From positions 41,848-105,847 of the IMG/VR virus record IMGVR_UViG_3300020048_000021: 64,000 bases of DNA; one strand, 5' to 3'. This document shows positions 43,608 to 54,378 of the stretch, one piece after another. Position 1 is the first letter of the stretch; each line of letters opens with the position of its first letter. Source of the stretch: a virus. Lineage: Duplodnaviria > Heunggongvirae > Uroviricota > Caudoviricetes. The translations under genes were made by a program, and so were the position numbers. The notes beneath the pieces are model-generated. The model had not been told where the DNA came from. It did no database searches and was given only the letters and a program-made list of their open reading frames with translations.

Positions 43608-45635
43608 ATGACAATAGTCCAGATCAGCAAAATACAAATCAGAAGTGGAAACGTAGCGGATCTCCCTCAGTTAGCCGTGGGCGAAATGGGGTACGCGGAA
43701 GACACTAAGCAATTATTCATTGGTACTACGCCTAATATCGGCAATATTGGTCCAAATCTCAATAACGTAGAAGTACTTACAGAATACACTCTGACCACTG
43801 GGTCAACTGGCTATACAGGCGCAACAGGGTCTGGTGCTACTGGACTCGGCGCTACAGGAGCGACTGGAGCTACTGGTTTCGATGGAGCTACTGGATATAC
43901 AGGTGCTACCGGTGCTGGAGCTACTGGTATTGGAGCAAGCGGAGCGACTGGAGCTACTGGTTTTGACGGAGCTACAGGTCAAGGCGCAACAGGAGCAAGT
44001 GGCGCAACCGGAGCTACTGGAGCTACTGGATATACGGGATCAACCGGAGCAACAGGTCAAGGCGCTACTGGCGCTAGCGGATTAACTGGTAGTACCGGAC
44101 CAATCGGTAGTACTGGAGCAAGCGGACTAGTCGGAACTACTGGATACACAGGCGCAACAGGCGCCAGCGGATTAACTGGTAGTACAGGAACAATCGGTAG
44201 TACTGGTGCTAGTGGATTAGTAGGAACTACTGGTCCAATCGGAGCTACCGGAGCTAGTGGTCTACTAGGAAGTACAGGATACGATGGAGCATCTGGATCA
44301 ACTGGATTAACTGGTAGCACTGGAACAATCGGCAGTACTGGTGCAAGCGGTCTTATCGGATTAACGGGTACTACTGGTCTAACAGGAACTACTGGTTTAA
44401 CTGGTAGCACCGGGTATTCAGGTAGTACTGGATTAAGAGGAACTACTGGTTTAACTGGAACTACAGGTCCAGCAGGAACATCAGTTAGTATCATAGGATC
44501 AGTGCCAACAGTAGGAGCAGATCCACAAGCGACTTTAAATGCTGCATTTCCAGGAGCAGTTAACGGAAACGGGGTTATTGATAATACTTCTGGTGATCTA
44601 TGGGTTTATACATCTGGAACATGGATCGATGTCGGTAAAATTCAGGGACCATCAGGAGCAACTGGATTACCCGGTGCTACTGGAGCAAGCGGTCTATCAG
44701 GAACTACAGGCGCTACGGGCGCAAGTGGATTAAGAGGAACTACTGGACCAAATGGCGCAACAGGCGCAAGTGGACTAGTCGGAACTACTGGACCAATCGG
44801 CAGTACTGGAGCTAGTGGACTAACTGGTAGTACTGGAACAATCGGTAGTACTGGTGCTAGTGGACTAGTCGGAACTACTGGATACACAGGTGCTACTGGT
44901 GCTAGTGGATTAACTGGTAGTACTGGAACAATCGGTAGTACTGGTGCTAGTGGACTAGTCGGAACTACTGGATACACAGGCGCTACGGGTGCTAGTGGAC
45001 TGGTCGGAACTACTGGGCTGATTGGTAGTACAGGAGCATCTGGATTAAGAGGAACTACTGGCTTAACTGGAACTACAGGTTCATCGGGATTAAATGGAAC
45101 AACAGGAGCATCAGGATTAACTGGTGCTACTGGAGCAGGAGCAACTGGCTCATCTGGCTTAACAGGAGCAACCGGTTCTGGCGCCACGGGTGCTAGTGGA
45201 TATACTGGTAGCACTGGAGCTGGAGCTACAGGCGCGTCGGGATTAGTAGGAGCTACCGGATATATCGGAGCAACTGGGACTGGAACTGGTGGTTCTGTAC
45301 CAGCATTTTCTTTTGACATTACTTTTGTGTCTACTCTTCCTAGTTCAATTTCAAATGCTCCAGTTGGATGGACAGTCACTATTAATCCAGACGGTAATAA
45401 TGCCAGTACCATTCAAGTCACTCATAACAGAACTGCTATCCCAATAACATCAACAGTTTGGGGATTAGGTTCAATTGCTAACAATTGGACTAATAGAATA
45501 ATCGGAACCGGTTCGATAGCGATGAATTACGTAACTTCGACCAAGATGGATGTCTTGCGATTCACTGGAGTTGATACCACTTCAGCAGCCGCAAGTGGAA
45601 ATAGTGCAACAATTTGGATAATATTCTCAGCATAA
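43608..45635 (+). CDS. collagen-like (Gly-X-Thr/Ser) fibre protein
   Basis: N-terminal [16 protein letters not shown] fibre-anchor motif; two long GXY tracts split by a ~60-aa globular insert. Confidence 0.9.
   Translation: MTIVQISKIQIRSGNVADLPQLAVGEMGYAEDTKQLFIGTTPNIGNIGPNLNNVEVLTEYTLTTGSTGYTGATGSGATGLGATGATGATGFDGATGYTGATGAGATGIGASGATGATGFDGATGQGATGASGATGATGATGYTGSTGATGQGATGASGLTGSTGPIGSTGASGLVGTTGYTGATGASGLTGSTGTIGSTGASGLVGTTGPIGATGASGLLGSTGYDGASGSTGLTGSTGTIGSTGASGLIGLTGTTGLTGTTGLTGSTGYSGSTGLRGTTGLTGTTGPAGTSVSIIGSVPTVGADPQATLNAAFPGAVNGNGVIDNTSGDLWVYTSGTWIDVGKIQGPSGATGLPGATGASGLSGTTGATGASGLRGTTGPNGATGASGLVGTTGPIGSTGASGLTGSTGTIGSTGASGLVGTTGYTGATGASGLTGSTGTIGSTGASGLVGTTGYTGATGASGLVGTTGLIGSTGASGLRGTTGLTGTTGSSGLNGTTGASGLTGATGAGATGSSGLTGATGSGATGASGYTGSTGAGATGASGLVGATGYIGATGTGTGGSVPAFSFDITFVSTLPSSISNAPVGWTVTINPDGNNASTIQVTHNRTAIPITSTVWGLGSIANNWTNRIIGTGSIAMNYVTSTKMDVLRFTGVDTTSAAASGNSATIWIIFSA
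44821..44980 (+). repeat. 90-bp-period repeat in collagen gene (70 bp identical)
   Basis: 44821-44890 equals 44911-44980; related units near 44080-44240. Confidence 0.9.
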
Positions 45636-45636
45636 T

Positions 45637-46143
45637 ATGGCTAATCCTACAACCCCTCCTCTTCTATTAAGCTTAGTACAAAATACTTCTCCTACAGCAG
45701 TTGCTAATTGGCCATACGGTGGATCATGGGCTAATACTGCATATCAATGGACTTGTGGATTCAATGTCAGTGTTCAAAATACTTCTGATCCAACGTTTGG
45801 AAATCAATATAATGCCAATAATGTGTCTGCTACCAGCGCATCACCTCAATGGATAGGTTCAGGAAATGGTTCATTTGCGTGGAAAATAAAATCTGTTATT
45901 TCTCAAAGTGCGGTTACCGGAAACATAGTAGTTCAACTAGAAGATGTGAATCAATTTAACACGTACAGCAACAGTTCAGGTTCTGGCTACGGCGGTCCAG
46001 ACTCTAATGTAGGCGGTAGATATTTCTTATTTCAAGTATCTAGCACAATGATTCCTATATTGACTCCAGTTACACCTAACGTACTTCCTACTAGCTGGCA
46101 GACAGATATTATTGGTAGATTCACGTCTAACCCAACAAGTTAA
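45637..46143 (+). CDS. virion-associated beta-rich module, paralog of an internal segment of 46172..50089
   Basis: Shared ANW..GGS...AW.I.S.ISQ...ED..Q.NTY...WQTD.I.RF. Confidence 0.7.
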   Translation: MANPTTPPLLLSLVQNTSPTAVANWPYGGSWANTAYQWTCGFNVSVQNTSDPTFGNQYNANNVSATSASPQWIGSGNGSFAWKIKSVISQSAVTGNIVVQLEDVNQFNTYSNSSGSGYGGPDSNVGGRYFLFQVSSTMIPILTPVTPNVLPTSWQTDIIGRFTSNPTS

Positions 46144-46171
46144 TGAATATGATATTAGTGAGTGATTTACT

Positions 46172-49100
46172 ATGAGCGCACCTTCAGTAGTCAGTAGCGG
46201 CACCGGTCAATTTGCAGCGGGATTTCCGTTAAATATAACCATAACTAATAATCCGGTCGGTGCCGTTTATACATTAGTGACTTATTTTGTTCCACTCGGA
46301 AGTTCATCTCCTAGTCCAGCAATAACTCCGAACGTTACTATAGCTAATGTGTCGATGGGTTCTCCAATTTCTACCGTTAATGGACTAGATGCTAATGGAA
46401 ACGCAGTAGGTACAGTATTTGTTTGGGGTAAATTAAATCCAGCATCTGGCAGTATTGTAATATCAGGCGGGCAATACGTATATTATAATAGTTCTACTGC
46501 AATTGTTCTTAATTTAGCTAATGTAGCAAACGGGCTGTATCAAGTAGGTAACATAACTACTGCTGCTACTGTCGGGGCGGGAACTACCACCGCCAATTTA
46601 ACATTATCTAGCAATGATACGACTGTCATTGGATTCACTGGTCAATCTCCATATGGCGCCACTGTAATTTTGACTGGCACTCCCACTCCAACTTCAATCG
46701 CTAACATACTCTACAGTGACGGTAGTGCTTATAGTCAAGCCGCGTATCAAGCAGGTGGCAACACAGGTGCAACTAGAAGCATGACATGGACTGCTAGCTA
46801 CGGCGGCGGCACTCCTGCCACTGGACGAACATTAGAAGTAATATTACTTGAATTATATGGCACTACTAGCACTATACCACAAACGATTGGTCCAGTTACT
46901 ACAACGGCAATTAGTGCTGTATTGGGAAATGTCACTGTCACTATTGGAACTCCACAACTAATCACTGTAGATTATTTGCACATTGAATCTACCTTAGGCG
47001 GTATTACAGTTACTAATACCCCAGTAGCAGCAATACCACCAAAGTTATTAAAGATTAACATAAATTCTATTACTGCTTACGCAAATTGGACTAATGGCGG
47101 ATCATATCAAGATGCTACTTACAAATGGACAGTGATTCTCGATGTATTTGCTCAATACAATTCGATTCCTCCCAAATATTATTATAATGGGCTTGACATC
47201 AGTGCTGGTGATTGGTTATCTAATGCTATAGGCGGAAGAGCTTGGAGAATCGATAGTATAATCAGTCAGACTACTAGTTCGATGACGTGTATCATAGAAG
47301 ACGTAAGACAATACAACACTTATACTGATCCAACTGGCACTTCATCTGGATCAGGTGCTCCTACTACAGGAACTGGATTCTTATTTACATTGGTCAGTAG
47401 TGTGCCGACATTAACGCCGGTTCAAAATCTAGTTTTGCCATATACGTGGCAAACTGACACGATAAGTAGATTTGTTTCTACTTTTGTTTCTCCTCCGATT
47501 GTGTCTGTCAACTTTACTGACATAGAAACTGCTACTTTTCCTACTCCAACGCCAGTGTCGATAGTTGGTAATCAATTTGTTGATTCTGGTAGCAATGTTA
47601 TTCGATTGAATTCTATTAATTGGTATGGATATGACGGCCCGTCATTATTAGTTCACGGATTATATTCAGGACTGGCATACACTGCCATGATAGATCAAAT
47701 AGTTCAACTTGGATTTAACACTATTCGTTTACCATTCTCTGACGACATGGTCATGGGTCTGAATTCACAATTATTATTCGGCACTGTTCCCGGAAATCAA
47801 TATCTTGGTCCATTAAATTCGATTATGTGGGGAATGAATTCATTACAAACATTGGATATTATAGTTGATTATTGTGCCCAAGTTGGAGTTAGAATAATAT
47901 TAGATCAACATAGAATCAGTATGTTGGCAGACGGTAGCATATACGACAATCAATACGGCACTGATGGATGGCCACTTGCCAATCCATACGTGTTTACCGT
48001 GTCAACCGAATTACCTTTAGGTGGATATATATTTTGGGGATTACCATCTGCTAATCCAGCACCGTACAGACCTCAAGTAGAATGGGTTCAATTATGGACT
48101 CAGTTAGCAAATCACTTTAAGCGTGATAATTATACTCCGAACAATACATTAGCATCAGCAACGATAGTTGTAACTTCAACTGGCACTACGTCGCTGACAG
48201 TCAGTAGCGTTGCTAGCGGAACTATTGCACTTGGTTCTGTAATATATGGAAATGGAGTAAATATTTCGAAATTTACTGCTACGTCATCAGGCACTACATT
48301 GACAGTATCAGCAATAAGTCAGGGCATAGTATGGAATGGACAAACTATAACGGGCACTGGAATATCAGGCACTGTTATCATTGTCAATCAAATATCACCG
48401 TTAACTGGCGGAGAAACTGTTGGTGGGGTTGGTCGCTATATAACTAGCGCAGTAACTACTTGTTCGTCAGCGGCAATCACTGCTAATAATGGAACAAACA
48501 GCGTTGTTAAAATTGTAAGTCAGACTAGCGGCCCAACTGGTGGCGCCGGAGTTTACGTTACTAGTCTTGCTACTAAGTGTACAGCAGGAACAACAATCAT
48601 TGCATACGGCGACGGAGTTAGTACATCGTATTATGGAATGTACGCATCGAATCCTGTATTACAAAATGTTATTATCGGATTCGATCCACACAATGAGCCG
48701 AGAAATGCACCATGGCCTACTTGGACTAATATGTGTGAGAATTTATTCCCAATAGTCAACGCCATTGTTCCAAATTGGATCATGTTTGTTGAAGGTATTG
48801 GTAGCGGAGCATCATCATATACTGCCACTGCATCCGGAACTACATTAACCGTAACCGCACCTACTACTGTGGCAGTATTAAATAATGGCATAGTAGAAAC
48901 TGCACCTAACTTAGTATTGGTTGGACAAGCAATTAGTGGAAACGGCATTACAGGAACTCAATTCACTGGTACTGCTAATTATTCAACTACGTTAAATGTT
49001 ACATATGTAAATACTGGCACTGGAGTCGGGTATATTAATATCGGTGATGTTATTAATGGCATTGGTGTCAACGTAACTCAATTCACTGCCACTTCTTCTG

Positions 49101-50089
49101 GTAAAACTTTGACGGTATCTGCAATTTCACAAGGAATAATATATCGATATTCATCAGTTACTGGGTCTGGAATTTCACCTGAAACATCAATTGAGTCTCA
49201 AATTAGTGGAACGTCTGGCGGAGTCGGCGTTTACACCACTAATATAGCATCGTCGATGAGTACTCCAACTGCGTGTTCGAGTACAGGCGGGTCAGTTCAT
49301 ATTAATAGTCAACTTGATGGAACTCCCGGTGGAGTTGGAAATTATATTACTAACGTCATGACTTTTTGTACTGCGTCTACGTTATCAACAGCAGTGAAAA
49401 TTGTTAGTCAACTTACAACTTCTGTTCCTGGTGTAAATGGAGTTGCTGGAACATATCTTATTAGTCAGCCAACTACTATAGCAACATCGACATTAGTGTC
49501 TGCATATGACAATTGGTGGTGGGGTGGATATCTTAAAGGAGTGAGAGTTCGTCCGATTAATCCTAGTATAGTTCCTGCAAACAGACTAGCATATTCTCCG
49601 CATGACTATGGGCAATCTGTTAGTACGCAGCCGTTCTTATCATCAAATTCTTCAACCTTTCCGTTGCCTACTGGATATCCATATTCGTCTCAACAAAACG
49701 TTGTAAATTATCCCAACAATTTAGAAGCATTATGGAACGAATATTGGGGATTTATTTATATTGATTTAAATATTCCTATTTGGTTAGGAGAATTCGGTGG
49801 TGGATTCGGAGTCGATTATAGCACTGGATTACCAGATTCAAATCAAACATCATCTGAGTTTGAAAAACAATGGATGAATTCTCTTAGAGATTATTTGAAT
49901 AGACAGCTTAATAATGGCACTACTGATCTTACTGGCTCTGATCTTGGAATGTCATACGCTTACTTTGCTCTTAATCCAGAATCAGGGAATCCACTGGGTG
50001 GATTATTAGAGAATATAGATTATAGTACGGTTCAAACAATTAAGATGGACTTATTGATAGATTTGGTACAATTTAAAGGATTAACTTAA
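46172..50089 (+). CDS. GH5-family glycoside hydrolase fibre/spike protein with nested beta-module insertions
   Basis: INWYG, GFNTIRLPF, ILDQH, HNEP (E842), FVEG, YSPHDYG, LGEFGG (E1207). Confidence 0.85.
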   Translation: MSAPSVVSSGTGQFAAGFPLNITITNNPVGAVYTLVTYFVPLGSSSPSPAITPNVTIANVSMGSPISTVNGLDANGNAVGTVFVWGKLNPASGSIVISGGQYVYYNSSTAIVLNLANVANGLYQVGNITTAATVGAGTTTANLTLSSNDTTVIGFTGQSPYGATVILTGTPTPTSIANILYSDGSAYSQAAYQAGGNTGATRSMTWTASYGGGTPATGRTLEVILLELYGTTSTIPQTIGPVTTTAISAVLGNVTVTIGTPQLITVDYLHIESTLGGITVTNTPVAAIPPKLLKININSITAYANWTNGGSYQDATYKWTVILDVFAQYNSIPPKYYYNGLDISAGDWLSNAIGGRAWRIDSIISQTTSSMTCIIEDVRQYNTYTDPTGTSSGSGAPTTGTGFLFTLVSSVPTLTPVQNLVLPYTWQTDTISRFVSTFVSPPIVSVNFTDIETATFPTPTPVSIVGNQFVDSGSNVIRLNSINWYGYDGPSLLVHGLYSGLAYTAMIDQIVQLGFNTIRLPFSDDMVMGLNSQLLFGTVPGNQYLGPLNSIMWGMNSLQTLDIIVDYCAQVGVRIILDQHRISMLADGSIYDNQYGTDGWPLANPYVFTVSTELPLGGYIFWGLPSANPAPYRPQVEWVQLWTQLANHFKRDNYTPNNTLASATIVVTSTGTTSLTVSSVASGTIALGSVIYGNGVNISKFTATSSGTTLTVSAISQGIVWNGQTITGTGISGTVIIVNQISPLTGGETVGGVGRYITSAVTTCSSAAITANNGTNSVVKIVSQTSGPTGGAGVYVTSLATKCTAGTTIIAYGDGVSTSYYGMYASNPVLQNVIIGFDPHNEPRNAPWPTWTNMCENLFPIVNAIVPNWIMFVEGIGSGASSYTATASGTTLTVTAPTTVAVLNNGIVETAPNLVLVGQAISGNGITGTQFTGTANYSTTLNVTYVNTGTGVGYINIGDVINGIGVNVTQFTATSSGKTLTVSAISQGIIYRYSSVTGSGISPETSIESQISGTSGGVGVYTTNIASSMSTPTACSSTGGSVHINSQLDGTPGGVGNYITNVMTFCTASTLSTAVKIVSQLTTSVPGVNGVAGTYLISQPTTIATSTLVSAYDNWWWGGYLKGVRVRPINPSIVPANRLAYSPHDYGQSVSTQPFLSSNSSTFPLPTGYPYSSQQNVVNYPNNLEALWNEYWGFIYIDLNIPIWLGEFGGGFGVDYSTGLPDSNQTSSEFEKQWMNSLRDYLNRQLNNGTTDLTGSDLGMSYAYFALNPESGNPLGGLLENIDYSTVQTIKMDLLIDLVQFKGLT

Positions 50090-53000
50090 TGCAAAATGCC
50101 GTATTTACAGTAACACTTAATATTCCATGCACGAATACTGTATTGGTAGATTATACTACGGTCGATTTATCGGCAGTCAATTACGTTAATTATGTGATAC
50201 AAAGAGGAACATTAGTTTTTGAACCTGAGCAAACGTCACAGACTGTGACAGTAAGCTTAATGACTTCAACCGAGGCATTATCTACATCTCAGTTTCAACT
50301 TCTTCTTACTAATGCTAGAGAAGTTAATCCTACATTAGGATTAGTAATCGACCCATATTCGGCAGTATGTACCATATCGGCATCTCCATCTTATCCAGCA
50401 GTTCCATTTCCAGGGCGTAGATTGGGAATCATGGGCGACTCATTGCTATACGCAAATAATTATTGGTATCCAAGCATCATCACTCGTGGAAATGACACTG
50501 GCACAGGTGCCGGCCCAGTATTACGATCAAGTTATTATTCTAGAGGCATGACTGGAATAGTTAATTATGCCAATTCGATACTTAATAATGCATTTGAACT
50601 AGAGGCTGGGTTACAACCTAATGCCAATCCAGGTCAAAATTCTACTGCGCCTAACGTAGGCTATAATTTTTCTATATATAGTTCTAAGTTGTCTCAATGG
50701 TTCGAACCAACGTTTGACCCAGCTCCGATACCTCCTAACCCATCTGTCAACGTAGGGCCAATGATCAACGCATTAGTATACGCTGATAATTTTGACATGA
50801 TCGTAATGATGGGCGGTACTAACGACTTAGCAGCAGGGGCAACGGCAAATCAAATTGTATTTAATTTGATGACATATGCATTGCAATTTGCAGCAGTGGG
50901 AAAATGGGTATTTGTTCAAACTATTAGTCCGAGAACATCAGATTTATTTCAAGCTGCGGGTAATGCAACATTGGGGTATTCGGCTGGATATACTCAGGAT
51001 CAAGTTGCTACTTTACTTCAAACAATATTGAATATTAATGATCAACTTCGATCATGGCTCACAACAACTGATGTATATACATCGCCCCCAAATATATTTT
51101 TAGTAGATCATTGGTATGATTTGCTCGGTCCAATTCCATCAGTATTATCAACTGTTGTAGGCGGAGTATTCACTGCCAGTTCATCTGGATTTGCATTGAC
51201 TGTCACTAATGTCAGTGGATTTATAAGCGTTGGGTCATTACTCACTGGCACTGGTATTACCGGTACGGTTAGAATAGTAAGTCAGCAAAGTGGTACTAGA
51301 GGTTCAGCTGGACTTTACACTACTGATACAGTAACCACTTGTTCTAGTAATTCAATAACAGCAACTGGCATACCAACTGATCCAGCGGGACTAACATCAC
51401 CAAGCGGCTTTGCAAATTTTATAGGAAGTTCTTCTGGTACAACATTGACTGTGACTAACGTAAGTGGTTTTATTCAAACTGGTCAACGCATTACAGGATC
51501 AGGAATAACGGGAACCGTTACGATTGTTCGACAAATAACTCCGTATACTACTGGAGAAGTTCACAGAGGAGCAGGAAGATATGTGACTAGTGCAAGCACT
51601 TCATGTTCAGCAGCGGCAATTTTGGCTACTAGCACGACTGCTCAATTTACTGGCACATCTAGTGGATCTACAACATTAACAGTAACAGATGTAACTGTTG
51701 GTAGCATACTTCCCGGACAAACAATAACCGCTTTCTCTAGTACAGCAGCAGCGGTTGGAGTTCCTACTGCTCCTTATATAACAGCAACTTCATCGGGATT
51801 AACCAATGGAGCGACTCCTGGAGTCAATGCTGGACTAACGTTAACCGTATTGAGTACGAGTGGATTAATTTATCCAGGGCAAATTATATCAAGTTTAGTC
51901 GAAGCTCCTCCTCAATTTCTTTCTGGTGGAATGATTCCTCCAGTAATTGGCGGTTTTGCTGCTACTGGAATTGTATGGATCGTTGAACAACTTACCGGAA
52001 CTGTTGGCGGGGCAGGGACTTATTTAACGAGCGATGTAACGTTTTGTTCTAATTCATCAGTCACTGGTACTGTTATCATTCTAAGTCAGCTTAGCGGCAC
52101 TCCTGGTGGAGCAGGCACGTATCAAACTAGTGCTAGCACTACAGTTCCTGCTGGAACAATACTGACAACTACTGGTGGATTGATTTCAGCTAATAATTTC
52201 ATACCATCACAAACTGGTAATTTTAGACCAGACGCTCCAAAACTAAGATTTAATTATGATGGATTGCATTTTACACCAGCCGGATCATATGTAGCGGGTA
52301 AAGTGTTGGCAGCAGCAATGAAAGCAGCAGGAGTTCCAGCACCAGTGGCAGGATACTTAGGCGGAAACAATGCAGCAGCGGGCGGTACAGGAAACGTAGC
52401 ACCGTTGGTTACAAGTGCCGCCAGTATAATGACAAATTCTAATATGACATGTACACTTGGACCAAATGCCGCTCATCGTGTATCCAATACTCCAGTTGTA
52501 TTAGGGAGAGCTATTGGATTGGGTAATGTTAATGTAGTAACCGGATTTGCTGCTTGGGCAGAGGATAATAATATTACGAATGATACGTACACTAATCAAG
52601 GTGCCGGATATCAATACGGTAATGTTCCCAATTATTATTTCATATATAGAGCTAGTAATAATGATGGAGAATCATTCTCTAACTTTAATCAATATACGTT
52701 TACTACTCTTCCGGGAACTCCCGTTGGATTTCAAGACGATTCAACATGGACAAATGGATGTTTAACCACCACTATAAATCCTACTGTGACTTTCACTGAT
52801 ACGTGGAATGTCACTAGAACATTACCGGGATTATCATTGACATTTACTCAACCAAATGTAAACGGAACATCAAATACATCGCCACCTGCGTACACTATCG
52901 GTCCATGGAATTATCCATACACGGTTCCAACTCACACCGCCATAGGTAGAAGCGAAGCATTTATAGTTGAGTATATCGTCGATGAGGGACAATGGTACGG

Positions 53001-53592
53001 TCCATGGAACTCATATGGATACGAAGCTGCTCCAAGAATTCCTCCTGGAATTTCAACTAAATATTCACCAGGTGATTTATTAGCATGTGATTATTATTTA
53101 AAATTTGAAGGAATAAGTCCCAATTTAGTATCATGTAGAGGGGTACTGCAATTCTTGGCAATTGACCCTGAAAATGGAAACACAGCAGCGGCATTATTAG
53201 CATCACTTGTTCTTTCTGAAAGTTATGCTCCGGTTAGCAAAATAGAATTTTGTCATCAGCATACCGAAGATAGAGTAATGTCACTGAGAACTCCTACTGT
53301 AGTCGTTCCTACACCTAATAATACTCCCGCTAATCTTCCGAATTGGGGATCAGATCAAGATACTTCAGTGTATTTAAAAATGGTATGGCAATTTTCATTT
53401 GATTGTGCAGCACCACCTAACAAACAATCAGCCGCTATTCCAGCAACTGGAACTATTACTATTATAAATCCTTCGATTTATAAAGTAACTAATCCTAATG
53501 CTCAGCCAATGAATATTCCTAATTTGACCACTTATCCAAACGCAATTGCAAGTGCATCTACGGTTGGTATCCCTACTATTACTCTTACTTAA
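50089..53592 (+). CDS. Calx-beta-like domain plus SGNH/GDSL esterase with beta-module insertions
   Basis: DY...GTLVFEPEQTSQTVTV; GDSL (S118), GGTND (N245), DGLH (D724/H727). Confidence 0.8.
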   Translation: MQNAVFTVTLNIPCTNTVLVDYTTVDLSAVNYVNYVIQRGTLVFEPEQTSQTVTVSLMTSTEALSTSQFQLLLTNAREVNPTLGLVIDPYSAVCTISASPSYPAVPFPGRRLGIMGDSLLYANNYWYPSIITRGNDTGTGAGPVLRSSYYSRGMTGIVNYANSILNNAFELEAGLQPNANPGQNSTAPNVGYNFSIYSSKLSQWFEPTFDPAPIPPNPSVNVGPMINALVYADNFDMIVMMGGTNDLAAGATANQIVFNLMTYALQFAAVGKWVFVQTISPRTSDLFQAAGNATLGYSAGYTQDQVATLLQTILNINDQLRSWLTTTDVYTSPPNIFLVDHWYDLLGPIPSVLSTVVGGVFTASSSGFALTVTNVSGFISVGSLLTGTGITGTVRIVSQQSGTRGSAGLYTTDTVTTCSSNSITATGIPTDPAGLTSPSGFANFIGSSSGTTLTVTNVSGFIQTGQRITGSGITGTVTIVRQITPYTTGEVHRGAGRYVTSASTSCSAAAILATSTTAQFTGTSSGSTTLTVTDVTVGSILPGQTITAFSSTAAAVGVPTAPYITATSSGLTNGATPGVNAGLTLTVLSTSGLIYPGQIISSLVEAPPQFLSGGMIPPVIGGFAATGIVWIVEQLTGTVGGAGTYLTSDVTFCSNSSVTGTVIILSQLSGTPGGAGTYQTSASTTVPAGTILTTTGGLISANNFIPSQTGNFRPDAPKLRFNYDGLHFTPAGSYVAGKVLAAAMKAAGVPAPVAGYLGGNNAAAGGTGNVAPLVTSAASIMTNSNMTCTLGPNAAHRVSNTPVVLGRAIGLGNVNVVTGFAAWAEDNNITNDTYTNQGAGYQYGNVPNYYFIYRASNNDGESFSNFNQYTFTTLPGTPVGFQDDSTWTNGCLTTTINPTVTFTDTWNVTRTLPGLSLTFTQPNVNGTSNTSPPAYTIGPWNYPYTVPTHTAIGRSEAFIVEYIVDEGQWYGPWNSYGYEAAPRIPPGISTKYSPGDLLACDYYLKFEGISPNLVSCRGVLQFLAIDPENGNTAAALLASLVLSESYAPVSKIEFCHQHTEDRVMSLRTPTVVVPTPNNTPANLPNWGSDQDTSVYLKMVWQFSFDCAAPPNKQSAAIPATGTITIINPSIYKVTNPNAQPMNIPNLTTYPNAIASASTVGIPTITLT

Positions 53593-53597
53593 ACAGA

Positions 53598-53604
53598 CTA
53601 AATA
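53598..53604 (+). promoter_or_regulatory. late promoter CTAAATA
   Basis: Intergenic, upstream of 53647. Confidence 0.55.
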
Positions 53605-53646
53605 AGTATGCATAATATCATATCATTAATTTACCGAGAATTTTAA

Positions 53647-54360
53647 ATGTCAAACGCAATATATCCATTATTTAAACAAACTATGTTAAGTCCTGGTGCT
53701 GATTTAGTACACGGGCGACTAGGAAATGCATCTTCTCCGTATACACCAATAACGGCTCCATTGACGGCTGCACTATTGAGTGGATATACATATTCAACTG
53801 CTCATCAATATAAAACGTCAATTAACTCGTACATTATTGGAACTCCAGTGGCATTAGCAGGCGTAACTGCAAGTACAACTGGAGTTCTAAATGCAACTGC
53901 CACTACATTCACGGCAGTTCCTGCGAAGAAAATTGCCACCGTGACTGCTGTAGCCGGAACAGGAACTACAGCAACATTAACATTTGCTACTCAATCTGTT
54001 GCGCCATACGCCATTGGGCAAACAATACAAGTTTCGGGCATAGCTTCTACCGATTCTAATCCAGGATTATATAATGGTTTAGCTTTTGTTGTCACTGGAT
54101 GCAATCAAACGACAGTTAGTTACGCATGTGCAGCAACTGGTACATTGATATCAAGCGGAACTAATAGTATTAATTTAGGCATAACTTCAATCGCTCTTTA
54201 TATGAACACTGGCACCACCGGAACTTCTCCGTTGGCAGTGTATTTAAACACTGTTGATCCATCAGTTCCATATCCACTATCTTCAAGCCCGATAGTTCCC
54301 ACGGGCGGAAATATTATTATAAACTGGTCTACTTTGTCTCAGTATATATTTGCCTTATAA
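53647..54360 (+). CDS. phage structural protein (NAIYP...PxGGNI family) with an inserted beta-barrel module
   Basis: Paralog of 57404..57826 and of the N-terminus of 54379..57369. Confidence 0.7.
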   Translation: MSNAIYPLFKQTMLSPGADLVHGRLGNASSPYTPITAPLTAALLSGYTYSTAHQYKTSINSYIIGTPVALAGVTASTTGVLNATATTFTAVPAKKIATVTAVAGTGTTATLTFATQSVAPYAIGQTIQVSGIASTDSNPGLYNGLAFVVTGCNQTTVSYACAATGTLISSGTNSINLGITSIALYMNTGTTGTSPLAVYLNTVDPSVPYPLSSSPIVPTGGNIIINWSTLSQYIFAL

Positions 54361-54378
54361 GATCACACAGAAAAACAT

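Noticed and set aside
44057-45412. Long minus-strand Pro/Val-rich ORFs (44057..44494, 44642..45412)
   Set aside because: Antisense shadows of the GGN-rich collagen repeat, which reads as P-V-x on the other strand; no RBS or promoter.
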